A DNA stretch of 64,000 bases from Flavobacteriales bacterium (GCA_046329115.1 JAXLVG010000001.1:61287-125286), one strand, 5' to 3'. Shown: positions 20,660 through 33,096, counted from the first letter of the stretch. A program made the numbers and translations. Notes: a model not told the origin generated them from the letters alone.

Positions 20660-21229
20660 GGCGGTGCAAGCTTAGGTGGGGACGCGGTGCTTTGCGTGCG
20701 CGCAGCTCGGATCGGCATCAACGGGTCGGTGTGCGTGACAGGCCGCAGCCAGTAACGGTCATCAATGGATCGCGCATCATTGGGCGGCCGGGTGCGTGTG
20801 TAGTGCAGCATGCATGGCGTTTCAATAATGGCCCGTACCCGTATATTATATTTTCAACAATTATTCGCTGTTCTGCATTCTGGCGCTACATTCAACTCCC
20901 GGATAATGTCTGAAGCATGGGTCTTGCCTCTCTTGGAACGGTTGAACGCACAGGCGACCCATGCGCGGATGACGGTCCGAGCACCCTCCTTCACGAAGAA
21001 GCCCCCGGTGCTTGGAACACCGAGGGCCTTGGTCGCTCATGTCCCACCAACTCCGGTAAGAAGATGAACACGAGCTAGCCAAAGGTAAGGTGCCACCGCT
21101 AAGCCCACCAGGCAGCGCCGGCCCGTGCATGCACGGTCTTTCAGCGGAGCCTCGCCGCAACCCGCGACGGACAAGGACTTGAACCGAGCGGAAGGGGGGC
21201 TGGGACGATGCGCCCGGCCGATACGAACA

Positions 21230-22264
21230 ATGAAAATGACCAAATGCGCGATGAACCTCCAGTGGCCCGGTACTGGCCTCGGCTTGGTGCTGGGCTGCCT
21301 GGGGTTTGTTGCTGCTCTCCGCTGCGAAGCGCAGAACCTGGTGCCCAACCCGGGGTTCGAGGAAGCGGATAGCTGCTCTGATCAGCTGCCTCCCTTTGCA
21401 GGCATCCACGATTGGTACAGCGTCAACGGCAGTCCTGATCATCTGCGGAGCTGCTTGCCATATGGGGATACCCGCGGGTTGCCCATGAACTTCTTCACTT
21501 ATCAGGAGCCGTTCGAAGGGTCCTCATGTGCGGGCGTCTACACTTACTGGCAGAATGACCAAGCGGAGTACCGGGAGTGGATCACGGCACCCTTGCTGTC
21601 GCCTTTGGTGGTGGGCCAAACTTACTACTGCAGCTTCCGGGCGAACGCAGCGTTTGGTGGGAACGAGGCCAATCCTCAACATTGGCTGGCCAACGACAAG
21701 GTGGGCATGCGATTCACCACCACAACGATGCCTCAATGGAATGTTGGCGACCCTTTACCAGTGCCACCAGATCACGCTGACATCCTGTATCCACAGATCC
21801 TCAGCGATACGTTGGGCTGGACCTTGGTGAGCGGCAGCTTCGAGGCGGACAGTGCCTACCAGTATGTGATGATCGGGCAGTTCTTCAGCAATGCCTTGAC
21901 CGATACGTTGCACTTCGCGGATCCGAACTCGGTGTTCCTGTGGTATCCACGCGCTTACACCTTGGTGGACGCGGTCTGTGTGTCGCCAAACCCGAACGGG
22001 TGCGATCTGGGACAAGGGAGCGGCGAGGTGGCCTCGCAAGGTGCGATGTTGTTCCCCAACCCAGCTCGAGAGGAGTTGGTGGTGGTGGGGCAGCCAGGGA
22101 CCGAGGTATGCGTGCTGGATGCCGTTGGCCGCCTCTTGTGGAAGGAGCGGATGGTTGGCGATCGCATGGTCTTGGCAGTGGGTGGGTGGGCGCGTGGCGC
22201 GTATGGGCTGCGCATGGTGTATCAGGGCAAGTTGGAGTCGTTCAAGTTCGTATTGGCCGAATAG
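21230..22264 (+). CDS. hypothetical secreted protein with T9SS type-A CTD
   Basis: Signal peptide MKMTKCAMNLQWPGTGLGLVLGCLGFVAALRCEAQ. The C-terminus is MLFPNPAREELVVVG...GAYGLRMVYQGKLESFKFVL. Confidence 0.6.
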   Translation: MKMTKCAMNLQWPGTGLGLVLGCLGFVAALRCEAQNLVPNPGFEEADSCSDQLPPFAGIHDWYSVNGSPDHLRSCLPYGDTRGLPMNFFTYQEPFEGSSCAGVYTYWQNDQAEYREWITAPLLSPLVVGQTYYCSFRANAAFGGNEANPQHWLANDKVGMRFTTTTMPQWNVGDPLPVPPDHADILYPQILSDTLGWTLVSGSFEADSAYQYVMIGQFFSNALTDTLHFADPNSVFLWYPRAYTLVDAVCVSPNPNGCDLGQGSGEVASQGAMLFPNPAREELVVVGQPGTEVCVLDAVGRLLWKERMVGDRMVLAVGGWARGAYGLRMVYQGKLESFKFVLAE

Positions 22265-22310
22265 GGTGCATCGTTCCGGTCCTTTTCAGTGAACACAAAC
22301 ACGAAAGGAC

Positions 22311-22796
22311 ATGAGAACGATGAACTTCTTGAAGCACCTGATTTTGGGTGCATTGACGCTGACCACCGGGAAGGTGGTCGCCCAGGTCACTACTGCGGGT
22401 AATGTGGCTGGTGGTGTGAACGATTTCCTGGGATGGAATAACAACGCGATCAACAACTTCCCGTTGCGGGTGCGGCATGATCTGAACCAGCCGATCGACT
22501 GGTACACCCATGCCATCCAGCGGATGCGGCTGTACCCTACCAACAGCGCCACGCTGAACACCTTCACCGTGCCGCGCAACGGCTTCGTGGCCATCAGCCC
22601 ACAGCCGCTGTTCTACAACAACCCCGGCCCCTTCAGTCGGTTGCACTTGGTGGATAGCGTGGACAACAATGTGACCACCTACGCGCAGGACTTCGGCTAC
22701 CGGCCGTGGATGCGCAACGGCTCAGGCGGTCTCGGCCGGGCGCTCTGTTTTCCACCCCGCGTACTTTCACCCCGTGCACCAACGCGCCCTTGTTAG
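22311..22796 (+). CDS. small signal-peptide ORF (161 aa), possibly a gene remnant
   Basis: Clear signal peptide MRTMNFLKHLILGALTLTTGKVVAQ. The ORF then runs 22 nt into the start of the next gene with no recognisable domain. Confidence 0.35.
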   Translation: MRTMNFLKHLILGALTLTTGKVVAQVTTAGNVAGGVNDFLGWNNNAINNFPLRVRHDLNQPIDWYTHAIQRMRLYPTNSATLNTFTVPRNGFVAISPQPLFYNNPGPFSRLHLVDSVDNNVTTYAQDFGYRPWMRNGSGGLGRALCFPPRVLSPRAPTRPC

Positions 22797-23880
22797 CGTC
22801 ACCAACGACCTGGCCACGGACAACCGTGTGCACCGCACCTGCCTGGCCCTGCAGGAACTGGGCTACCGCGTAACGCTCATCGGCCGCCGCCTGCCCAACA
22901 GCCCGCCGCTGGAGCGGCCCTACGCCACCAAGCGCATGCGGCTGCTGTTCAACAAGGGGCCGCTGTTCTACGCCGAGTACAACCTGCGCCTCTTCCTCGT
23001 GCTGGCCTTCAGCCGGGCCACGCTGCTGGTGTCCAACGACCTGGACACGCTCCTGGCGAACTGGCTGGCCAAGGGCCGCCGCGCGCTGGTCTACGACACG
23101 CACGAGTTCTACACCGAGGTGCCGGAGCTGGTGGCGCGGCCCGGCGTGCGGCGCATCTGGCTCGCCATCGAACGCTGGATCTTCCCGAAGCTGCGCACGG
23201 TGATCACCGTGAACGACAGCATCGCGCAGGCCTACCAAGCGCGCTACGGCAACACCGTGCACGTGGTGCGCAACATCCCGCTGCCACGTGCGCTGGGGCC
23301 GCTGCCTGCGCGTTCAGCGCTCGGCCTGCCCGAAGACCGCTCCCTCCTGGTGCTGCAGGGGGCGGGCATCAACGTGGACCGGGGCGGGGAAGAGGCTGTG
23401 CTGGCCATGCGCCAGCTGCCCGGCTGCCTCTTGCTGATCATCGGGAGCGGGGATGCCTGGCCCGTGCTGGAACGCCTGGTTCGGGAGCACGGCCTGCAGG
23501 ACCGTGTTCGGTTGCTGGGCCGCATGCCCTACGAACGCATGATGGACCACACCCGGCATGCGGCGCTGGGCCTTACGCTGGACAAGGACACCAACCTGAA
23601 CTACCGCTTCAGCCTGCCCAACAAGCTGTTCGACTACCTGCGCGCCGGTGTGCCCGTGGTGGCCACGGACCTGCCCGAGGTGGCGGCCATCGTACGGCGC
23701 TACGACGCCGGCATCGTGCTGCCCACGCCGGAACCGGAAGCCCTGGCCCGCGCCATCGCTGCCCTGCTCGCTGACGAACAGCACCTTTCGCGCCTGCGGG
23801 CCAGCGCTACTTTCGCGGGCCGCGACCTGGACGGGGAGAAGGAAATGCGCACCCTGGTCGCCGTGCTGCAGAACGCGTGA
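22774..23880 (+). CDS. GT4 family glycosyltransferase
   Basis: N-terminal beta1 ALVSVTNDLATDNRVHRT, plus the C-terminal Glycos_transf_1 region with acidic motif (GLTLDKDTNLNYRFSLPNKLFDYLRAGVPVVATD). Confidence 0.75.
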   Translation: MHQRALVSVTNDLATDNRVHRTCLALQELGYRVTLIGRRLPNSPPLERPYATKRMRLLFNKGPLFYAEYNLRLFLVLAFSRATLLVSNDLDTLLANWLAKGRRALVYDTHEFYTEVPELVARPGVRRIWLAIERWIFPKLRTVITVNDSIAQAYQARYGNTVHVVRNIPLPRALGPLPARSALGLPEDRSLLVLQGAGINVDRGGEEAVLAMRQLPGCLLLIIGSGDAWPVLERLVREHGLQDRVRLLGRMPYERMMDHTRHAALGLTLDKDTNLNYRFSLPNKLFDYLRAGVPVVATDLPEVAAIVRRYDAGIVLPTPEPEALARAIAALLADEQHLSRLRASATFAGRDLDGEKEMRTLVAVLQNA

Positions 23881-24995
23881 GCGACCGCCACCTCCATATC
23901 GTCAGCTTCGATGTGCCCTGGCCGGCCAACTACGGCGGGGTGATCGACGTGTTCTACAAGGTGAAGGCCCTGCACGACATCGGTGTGCGGGTGCACCTGC
24001 ACTGCTTCGAGTACGGCCGCGGGCAGGCCCTGGAACTGGGGCAGGTGTGCGATACGGTGCATTACTACGAGCGGCACACCGGCAAGCACCAGCTGCTGAA
24101 CAGCCTGCCCTATGTGGTGGTGAGCCGCCGCAGCGACGAACTGGTGGCCCGCCTGATGGAGGATAAGCACCCCATCCTGTTCGAGGGGCTGCACAGCTGC
24201 CACCACCTGGGCGACGCACGGCTGGTGGGCCGCCGACGGCTGGTGCGCACCCACAACGTGGAGCACGATTACTACGAGGCCCTGGCCCGTGCTGAGCGTG
24301 GCGCGTTCAAGCGCACCTACTTCGTGAACGAGGCCAAGAAGCTGAAGAAGTTCGAGCCGGTGCTGAGCGAGGCGCACTGGATCCTGGCCATCTCGCCGAA
24401 CGACCAGCGCTACTTCAACCTGCATTTCAAGCGGGTGAAGCACATTCCGGCGTTCCATCCGCACGAGCGCGTGGACGTGCCGGCGGGCCTGGGCGACTAC
24501 TGCCTGTACCACGGCGCGCTGGGCGTGCCCGAGAACGACCAGGCCGCATTGTGGCTGGTGCGCGAGGTGTTCAAGGGCCTGCCCGTACCGCTGGTGATCG
24601 CCGGCAGCGGGGCCAGCAGCGAGCTGAAGGCCGCCGTGGCCCGGGCCAACAACGTGAAGCTCCGGGAGAACATCCCCACGGCGGAGATCCAGGAGCTGAT
24701 CCGCAACGCGCAGGTGAACGTGCTGCCCACCTTCCAGGCCACCGGCATCAAGCTGAAGCTGCTGAACGCCCTGTTCACCGGCCGCCACGTGGTGTGCAAC
24801 ACACCCATGGTGCAGGACACGGGGCTGGAGGGGCTCTGCCATGTGCACGACGACCCCGACCGCATGCGCCTGAGCATCCAGGCCTGCATGGCCCAGCGCT
24901 GCGAAGGCGCGATGATCGAACAGCGGGTGGAGGTGCTGGAGCAGCGGTTCAACAACCGCCGGAACGCGGAGGCGATCGTGAAGCTCCTTCGCTAG
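23877..24995 (+). CDS. GT-B fold glycosyltransferase (GT1/GT4-like)
   Basis: GTG start overlaps the upstream stop by 4 nt. Rossmann-like C-terminal half (PLVIAGSGASSELKAAV...VNVLPTF). Family assignment is tentative. Confidence 0.55.
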   Translation: MSDRHLHIVSFDVPWPANYGGVIDVFYKVKALHDIGVRVHLHCFEYGRGQALELGQVCDTVHYYERHTGKHQLLNSLPYVVVSRRSDELVARLMEDKHPILFEGLHSCHHLGDARLVGRRRLVRTHNVEHDYYEALARAERGAFKRTYFVNEAKKLKKFEPVLSEAHWILAISPNDQRYFNLHFKRVKHIPAFHPHERVDVPAGLGDYCLYHGALGVPENDQAALWLVREVFKGLPVPLVIAGSGASSELKAAVARANNVKLRENIPTAEIQELIRNAQVNVLPTFQATGIKLKLLNALFTGRHVVCNTPMVQDTGLEGLCHVHDDPDRMRLSIQACMAQRCEGAMIEQRVEVLEQRFNNRRNAEAIVKLLR

Positions 24996-25019
24996 GTCCG
25001 GCCAGGGGCCGTTCACGAA

Positions 25020-25100
25020 TGCTGCTAGCCGCTGGCTACTGGCTGCTGGCTACTGGCCGCTGGCTGCTGGCCGCTCGCTACTGGCCGCGGGTAGCTGGAA
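25020..25100. repeat. short imperfect tandem repeat (CTGGCYRCTGGC units) in the convergent intergenic region
   Basis: gctgctagccgctggctactggctgctggctactggccgctggctgctggccgctcgctactggccgcgg, lying between the GT gene end and the ftsE end. Confidence 0.6.
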
Positions 25101-25124
25101 GCTCTGGTGGTGGATGGTCTGAAC

Positions 25125-25814
25125 CTATACCGCCCCGGCGGCGCTCAGTTCCAGTAGGCGGCCCTCCTCGCAGCGCACCACGCGGGCGTTCAGCTTCTTC
25201 ATGTGCGTGTAATCGTGCGTGGCCATGATCACGCTGCTGCCGCCCTTGCTGATGGTGTAAAGCAGGTCCAGGATGCCTTCGGTGGTCTCGGGGTCCAGGT
25301 TGCCCGTGGGCTCGTCGGCGAGGATCAGCTCCGGCCGGTTCACCAGCGCCCGCGCGATGCTGACGCGCTGCTGTTCGCCGCCGCTGAGCTCGTGCGGCAG
25401 CTTGTAGCCCTTGTTGCCCAGGCCCACCTGGTCCAACACCTCCTGCACCCGGGCGTCGATCGCCTTCGCGTCCTTCCAGCCGGTGCTACGCATCACGAAG
25501 ACCAAGTTGTCGTTCACGCTGCGGTCGCCCAGCAGCTGGAAGTCCTGGAACACGATGCCCAGCTTGCGGCGCAGGAAGGGAACCTCCGAGCGCTTCAGCT
25601 TGCGCAGGTCGAAGCCGCACACATGGCCCTCGCCCTGGGTGAGCGGCAGGTCGCCGTAGAGCGTGCGCATCAGGCTGCTCTTGCCCGTGCCGGTGCGGCC
25701 GATCAGGTAGATGAACTCGCCGGCGCGGACGGACAGGTCAACATTGTTGAGCACCAGGTTCTCGCGCTGGAAGATCCGCGCGTCGTGCAGTTCGATGATC
25801 GTGCCGGAGGACAT
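25125..25814 (-). CDS. ftsE: cell division ABC ATPase FtsE
   Basis: Walker [13 protein letters not shown] signature [15 protein letters not shown], Walker [12 protein letters not shown]. 229 aa. Confidence 0.85.
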   Translation of the reverse strand: MSSGTIIELHDARIFQRENLVLNNVDLSVRAGEFIYLIGRTGTGKSSLMRTLYGDLPLTQGEGHVCGFDLRKLKRSEVPFLRRKLGIVFQDFQLLGDRSVNDNLVFVMRSTGWKDAKAIDARVQEVLDQVGLGNKGYKLPHELSGGEQQRVSIARALVNRPELILADEPTGNLDPETTEGILDLLYTISKGGSSVIMATHDYTHMKKLNARVVRCEEGRLLELSAAGAV

Positions 25815-25944
25815 GGGGAGCGGGTAGGCGTGCCAAAGGAAGAAATTCGGAAGGCCGGTCCGCCGTTATCCCTGGCACGATGGTGGCCCAAGCGCCAACA
25901 GTTCCGCGTGGATAAGTACGGTCCCTGATCACCAGCGAAGGCCC

Positions 25945-28900
25945 ATGGCCCCCGGCAACTTTGATCCCTTGATGATGTCCGACCCCGCATCCCGCCCGGC
26001 CATCGCCCGGCTGCCCCTGGTGCTGCGCTGGCTGTTCCTGGGGGCCACCCTCGGCGCCGCGCTGCTGGCCACCGCCCAACGCCCCGCGCACTTCGAGCAC
26101 CCCCAGGCCGACCTGGTGCGCGCGCAGGAGCTCTTCGACATGGCGCAGTACGGCGCGGCCCGCAGCGTCTGCGACCAGTTCGTGGCCCGCACCCGCGACC
26201 CGCACGATCCCGCCCGCATCGAGGCCGAGTACTACGCCGCCATCTGCGCGGTGCGGCTGTACAACGACGACGCCAGCAACCGGCTGCTCGCCTTCCTGGA
26301 CGCGCACCCCGAGAACTTCCGTGTGCCGGCGATCAACCTCGAGCTCTTCCGCCACTACTTCAACCTGAAACGCTGGCCCGATGCGCTGGCCTACGCGAAG
26401 GAGGTGGACCCCAACGGCCTGGGCACGGCCGAGCGCGACGAGTTCGTGTTCAAGAAGAGCTACGCGCTGTTCCAGCAGGACCAGCCGGACGCGGCCCTGC
26501 CCGAGTTCGCCAAGGTGAAGGACGGCACCAGCGCGTACGCGCCTTCGGCCACCTACTATACCGCCCACATCCACTACACCCGGCGCAACTACGAGGCCGC
26601 CTTGCTGGGCTTCGAGAAGCTCGGCAACGACGAGGCCTTCGGCAAGGTGGTGCCCTACTACATCGCGCAGATCCGGTTCCTGAAGGGCGACTACAACGCG
26701 CTGCTGGAATACGCCAAGCCGCTGCTCGCGGATCCCGAGGGTGCCAAGCGCACCGGTGACATCAACCGCCTGGCGGGCGAGGCCTACTACCGCACCGGGC
26801 AGTACAAGGAGGCGCAGCCCTACCTGGAAAAGAGCCTGCAGCGCGCGGGCGTGGAGCGCAGCGACCGCTACGTGGCGGGCTATGTCTTCTACCAGAACGG
26901 CGAGTACAAGCGTGCACTCGACCAGTTGAACCAGGTGGCGGCACCGGCCGGCAAGCCCGCCGAAGACAGCCTGGCCCAGATGGCGGCCTACCACATGGCG
27001 GACTGCTACCTGAAGCTGAACGAAAAGAACTACGCCCGCAACGCCTTCAAGCGCGCCTACGACCTGAACAAGGATCCCCGCATCACCGAGGACGCGCTGT
27101 TCAACTACGCCAAGCTCGCCTATGAGCTCAGCTTCGATCCCTACAACGAGGCCGTCATCGCGCTGCGCGACTACATGAAGGCCTATCCGAACTCCCCGCG
27201 GAACGACGAGGCCCAGCGCTTCCTGATGAACGTGTACCTGAAGACGCGCAACCACGAGGCCGCGCTGGAGGCCCTGGATGCGATCCGTACGAAGGACCTG
27301 AAGCTGCAGGAGGTGTACCAGCAGCTCGCGTTCAACCGCGGCGTGGAGCTCTACGAGGCCCGGAAGTTCGCCGAGGCGGACAAGGCCTTCGAGCGGTCGC
27401 TGAAGTTCCCGGTGGACCGCGCGGTGATCGCCCGCACGCACTACTGGCGCGGCGAGTCGGCCTATGCGCAGGAGAACTACGCCGGGGCCCTGAAGCAGTA
27501 CGACCTGCTCCGCAACAGTGCCGGGTCCTATGCTACGGACCTGTACGAGCAGGCCAGCTACAGCATGGGCTATGCCTACTTCAAGCAGCGCGAGTTCGGC
27601 GAGGCGGCCACTGCGCTGCGCCGGTTCGCCGGTACCTCCGGGGTGCCCAAGGACCAGAAGGCGGACGCCATGGTGCGCATCGGCGACTGCTACTACGTGA
27701 TGAAGGACGAGGCCACGGCGATCAAGTGGTACGACGATGCCATCGCCGCGGGCAGCAGCGCCAAGGACTATGCGCTCTTCCAGAAGGGCGTGTGCCAGGG
27801 CCTGGACCAGCAGTACGACAAGAAGGTGGCCACGCTGAAGAAGCTGCTGGACGAGAAGCCCAACAGCGCGTTCGCCGCCGACGCCAAGTTCGAGCTGGGC
27901 GAGACGTACATCAACATGGAGAAGGATGCGGATGCCCTGCGCTACTACCAACAGGTGATCAACGAGCATCCCAACTCCCCGAACGTGCGCCAGAGCATGC
28001 TGCAGAGCGCGCTGATCCACCGCCGCCGTGGCGACCTGGAGAAGGCGATCACGGCCTTCAAGGGCGTGGTGGAGAAGTACCCCACGGTGGACGGCAGCCG
28101 GGAAGCGCTGACCGGCCTGGAGAGCATCTACGTGGAGCAGGGGCGCGTGGCCGAATACGAGGCCTACGTGCGCGGCCTGAACTTCGTGGACCAGGGCTCC
28201 CTCAAGCTCGATGAGACCTACTTCATGAGCGCGGAGCAGCTCTACCAGGCGGAGAACTGCGATGCGGCTCTGGGCGCACTGGCCGACTATCTGAACAAGT
28301 ATCCCAACGGTGCCTATGCGCTCAAGGCCACATTCTACAGCGCCGACTGCCTGTACCGCGCGAAGAAGGACGACGAGGCCCTCCCGAAGTTCGAGGAGGT
28401 GGTGCGGCGCGATGCGGGACAGTTCATGGAGCCTTCGCTCTATGCGGCGAGCGACATCCTCTACCGCCAGCAGCGGTGGCCGGCGGCACTGCCCTACTTC
28501 GAGCAGTTGGAGGCCCGCGCGGCCGACCAGCGCAACGTGCTCGCCGGTCAGGTGGGTCAGATGCGCTGCCTGAAGCGGATGGAGCGTACGGACGATGCGG
28601 CGCGCGTGGCCGAAAAGGTGGCCAAGAGCGCGGATGCGAACGCCGAGCTGAAGGCCGAGGCCGGGCTGATCGTGGCCCAGGGCATGCTCGGTCGCAACGA
28701 GCTGGATGCCGCATACACGAAGTTCAAGGCCGTGGCCAAGGACGGCCGTGGTGCGGTTGCCGCCGAGGCGAAGTACCACATGGCCTACGTGCGTTACCTG
28801 CAGAAGAAGTACAGCGATGCGGAGAGCGAGGTGTTCGACCTGGCCAAGAAGTTCGCCTCGCAGGAGCTTTGGAAGGGCAGGGCCTTCATCCTGCTCGCCG

Positions 28901-29082
28901 ACGTGTACGTGCAGCTGGATGACCGTTTCCAGGCCAAGGCAACGCTGCAGAGCGTGATCGACCACAGCGACATACCGGAGGTGGTGGAGGAGGCGCGCCA
29001 GCGGCTGGCCACCATCGAAGCGGGTGAACTGGCGCCCCCGGCACCGGCGCAGAACGGAACCAACGAGGACGGCGACCAATGA
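25945..29082 (+). CDS. large tetratricopeptide-repeat protein (secreted/periplasmic)
   Basis: Signal peptide, then TPR-like Ala/Tyr/Leu periodicity along ~1000 aa (YYxxAxxYxxxxxYxxA patterns). Confidence 0.65.
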   Translation: MAPGNFDPLMMSDPASRPAIARLPLVLRWLFLGATLGAALLATAQRPAHFEHPQADLVRAQELFDMAQYGAARSVCDQFVARTRDPHDPARIEAEYYAAICAVRLYNDDASNRLLAFLDAHPENFRVPAINLELFRHYFNLKRWPDALAYAKEVDPNGLGTAERDEFVFKKSYALFQQDQPDAALPEFAKVKDGTSAYAPSATYYTAHIHYTRRNYEAALLGFEKLGNDEAFGKVVPYYIAQIRFLKGDYNALLEYAKPLLADPEGAKRTGDINRLAGEAYYRTGQYKEAQPYLEKSLQRAGVERSDRYVAGYVFYQNGEYKRALDQLNQVAAPAGKPAEDSLAQMAAYHMADCYLKLNEKNYARNAFKRAYDLNKDPRITEDALFNYAKLAYELSFDPYNEAVIALRDYMKAYPNSPRNDEAQRFLMNVYLKTRNHEAALEALDAIRTKDLKLQEVYQQLAFNRGVELYEARKFAEADKAFERSLKFPVDRAVIARTHYWRGESAYAQENYAGALKQYDLLRNSAGSYATDLYEQASYSMGYAYFKQREFGEAATALRRFAGTSGVPKDQKADAMVRIGDCYYVMKDEATAIKWYDDAIAAGSSAKDYALFQKGVCQGLDQQYDKKVATLKKLLDEKPNSAFAADAKFELGETYINMEKDADALRYYQQVINEHPNSPNVRQSMLQSALIHRRRGDLEKAITAFKGVVEKYPTVDGSREALTGLESIYVEQGRVAEYEAYVRGLNFVDQGSLKLDETYFMSAEQLYQAENCDAALGALADYLNKYPNGAYALKATFYSADCLYRAKKDDEALPKFEEVVRRDAGQFMEPSLYAASDILYRQQRWPAALPYFEQLEARAADQRNVLAGQVGQMRCLKRMERTDDAARVAEKVAKSADANAELKAEAGLIVAQGMLGRNELDAAYTKFKAVAKDGRGAVAAEAKYHMAYVRYLQKKYSDAESEVFDLAKKFASQELWKGRAFILLADVYVQLDDRFQAKATLQSVIDHSDIPEVVEEARQRLATIEAGELAPPAPAQNGTNEDGDQ

Positions 29083-30830
29083 GCATCGCACAGCGCATAC
29101 TTCCCCTGGCCCTGGGCCTCGCGATCGCCGTGGTCACCGTTGCGCAGACCAGCGGCCCCACGGAGACCTACAACATCGTGGGCACCGCCGCGCGCACCAT
29201 CAACAACGTGCAGAAGATCGACCTGCGGCCCGAGCCCATCGACACCGTGCTGCCGGACGAGCCCATGCGCTACGACCTGCTGCCCGTGAAGGCCGAGGTG
29301 GCCGCCCGCGCGGACAGCATCGAAGCCTACAAGCTCAACATCCGCCTTACACAGGAACGCCTGTACAAGGGCTTCGTGAAGGCCGGCTTCGGCTTGTACA
29401 CCACCCCGCTCTTCGAGCTGTACTACGACCAGACGCGCAACCGGAAGAACGGCTACGGGCTGCACTACCGGCACATGAGCAGCAACGGGGGCATGGATGA
29501 TGTGGGGCCGAGCGACTACAGCTTCAACCGTGTCGACGGGCACTACAGCGCGTACATGCGGCACCACGAGCTCACCGGTCGCCTCACCTATGACCGCCGG
29601 CGCATCAGCTACTACGGCTATGCGCTCACGGACAGCCTCAATAACCTGCAACTGGTATCCCCGGCGCCGCCGGACGAGCTGGTGAAGCAGGTGTACAACA
29701 ACATCGGCTTCTCCGTTCGCCTGAAGAGCTTGTTCGATGACAGCACCAAGCTGGCGCACGACGTCACGCTGGCCACCAACTTCCTCAAGAACCTGTCCGG
29801 CAGCAGCGAGACCAACGTGCGCCTTAGCGCCGATGTGGGCATGGAGATGGGGCAGGAGACCTACGGCGGCCGCCTGGTGATCGACAACAACGCCTACCGC
29901 CGGGCCAGTGCGCCAAGCGGCGTTTCCGACCGGGTGAACGGCACCATGATCGGCCTGGAGCCCTACGTGAGCACGGGGACACAAGCTTACCACGTGAAGG
30001 TGGGGGCGGGTCTGTACATCGACTCCCAGAACAAGACCACCTTCCATTTCTATCCCCAGGCCTACGCGGACTACCACCTGATGTACGAGGCGCTCGTGTT
30101 CTACGCCGGTGTAGATGGTCGCCGCATCCGCAACTCCTTCCGCAGCCTGACGCAGGAGAATGCCTGGCTGGGCGGAGCCCCGGTGATCGCCAACAGCAGC
30201 CTCATGTATGACCTCTACGGCGGCCTGCGCGCGGCCTTGGGCAAGGACGTGGGCTTCGATGTGCGCGTGAGCAAGAGCTCCACCAAGGACCGGGCGCTCT
30301 TCGTTTCCGCACCGCAGCAGCTGGAGGTGGACAGCGTCCGGTCCGTGCAGTACGGCGACCGCTTCTTCACTGTGTACGATCAGGTGGGCCAGCTGGACAT
30401 CAGCGGGCAGCTTACGTACAGCCGCAACGAGCACCTCGACATCACCGGCCGGATCGACATTTTCACCTACGACACCGATGTGCAGGCCGAGGCCTGGAAC
30501 CTGCCGCCCTACCAACTTTCGCTCGGGGCCCGGTATGACCTGCGCGACAAGCTCATCCTGAAGGTGGAGGCGCAGTTCCTGGGAGCCCGAAAGGCTGGCA
30601 CCTACAGCCTCGCCGCCGATCCCGAGCAGACACTTCCGCCCGGAGCCACCTTGCTGACGAAGGACCTCGATGGCTTCCTGGACCTGTACCTCGGGGTGGA
30701 ATACCGGTACACCAAGCGCCTGAGCCTCTTCCTGGACGCCAGTAACTTGAGCGCCAGCAAGTACGAGCGGTGGTACAACCACCCCACGCAGCGCGGCCTG
30801 ATCATGGGCGGGGCCACCTTCGCGTTCTGA
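29079..30830 (+). CDS. predicted outer-membrane beta-barrel protein, translationally coupled to the TPR gene
   Basis: ATGA overlap with the TPR gene. Signal peptide MSIAQRILPLALGLAIAVVTVAQ. Alternating amphipathic beta-strand patterns (YLGVEYRYTKRLSLFLDASNLSASKYE) and a C-terminal aromatic (GGATFAF). Confidence 0.5.
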   Translation: MSIAQRILPLALGLAIAVVTVAQTSGPTETYNIVGTAARTINNVQKIDLRPEPIDTVLPDEPMRYDLLPVKAEVAARADSIEAYKLNIRLTQERLYKGFVKAGFGLYTTPLFELYYDQTRNRKNGYGLHYRHMSSNGGMDDVGPSDYSFNRVDGHYSAYMRHHELTGRLTYDRRRISYYGYALTDSLNNLQLVSPAPPDELVKQVYNNIGFSVRLKSLFDDSTKLAHDVTLATNFLKNLSGSSETNVRLSADVGMEMGQETYGGRLVIDNNAYRRASAPSGVSDRVNGTMIGLEPYVSTGTQAYHVKVGAGLYIDSQNKTTFHFYPQAYADYHLMYEALVFYAGVDGRRIRNSFRSLTQENAWLGGAPVIANSSLMYDLYGGLRAALGKDVGFDVRVSKSSTKDRALFVSAPQQLEVDSVRSVQYGDRFFTVYDQVGQLDISGQLTYSRNEHLDITGRIDIFTYDTDVQAEAWNLPPYQLSLGARYDLRDKLILKVEAQFLGARKAGTYSLAADPEQTLPPGATLLTKDLDGFLDLYLGVEYRYTKRLSLFLDASNLSASKYERWYNHPTQRGLIMGGATFAF

Positions 30831-30952
30831 GGCGGCTGTTCCCGTTCCGAGGGCGGCACACGGGGGCGGGGTGCGCGTGGTGCGCTGTGGCCGGAACCCT
30901 GCGCCAGGCGCCCGGGATCCGGAACGTTGGACCCCGGCTCCGGCCCCTGTAA

Positions 30953-33061
<2,109 letters not shown>

Positions 33062-33096
33062 GGGTCACCGGCTCCACGCCGGTCCACAAGCGATGC

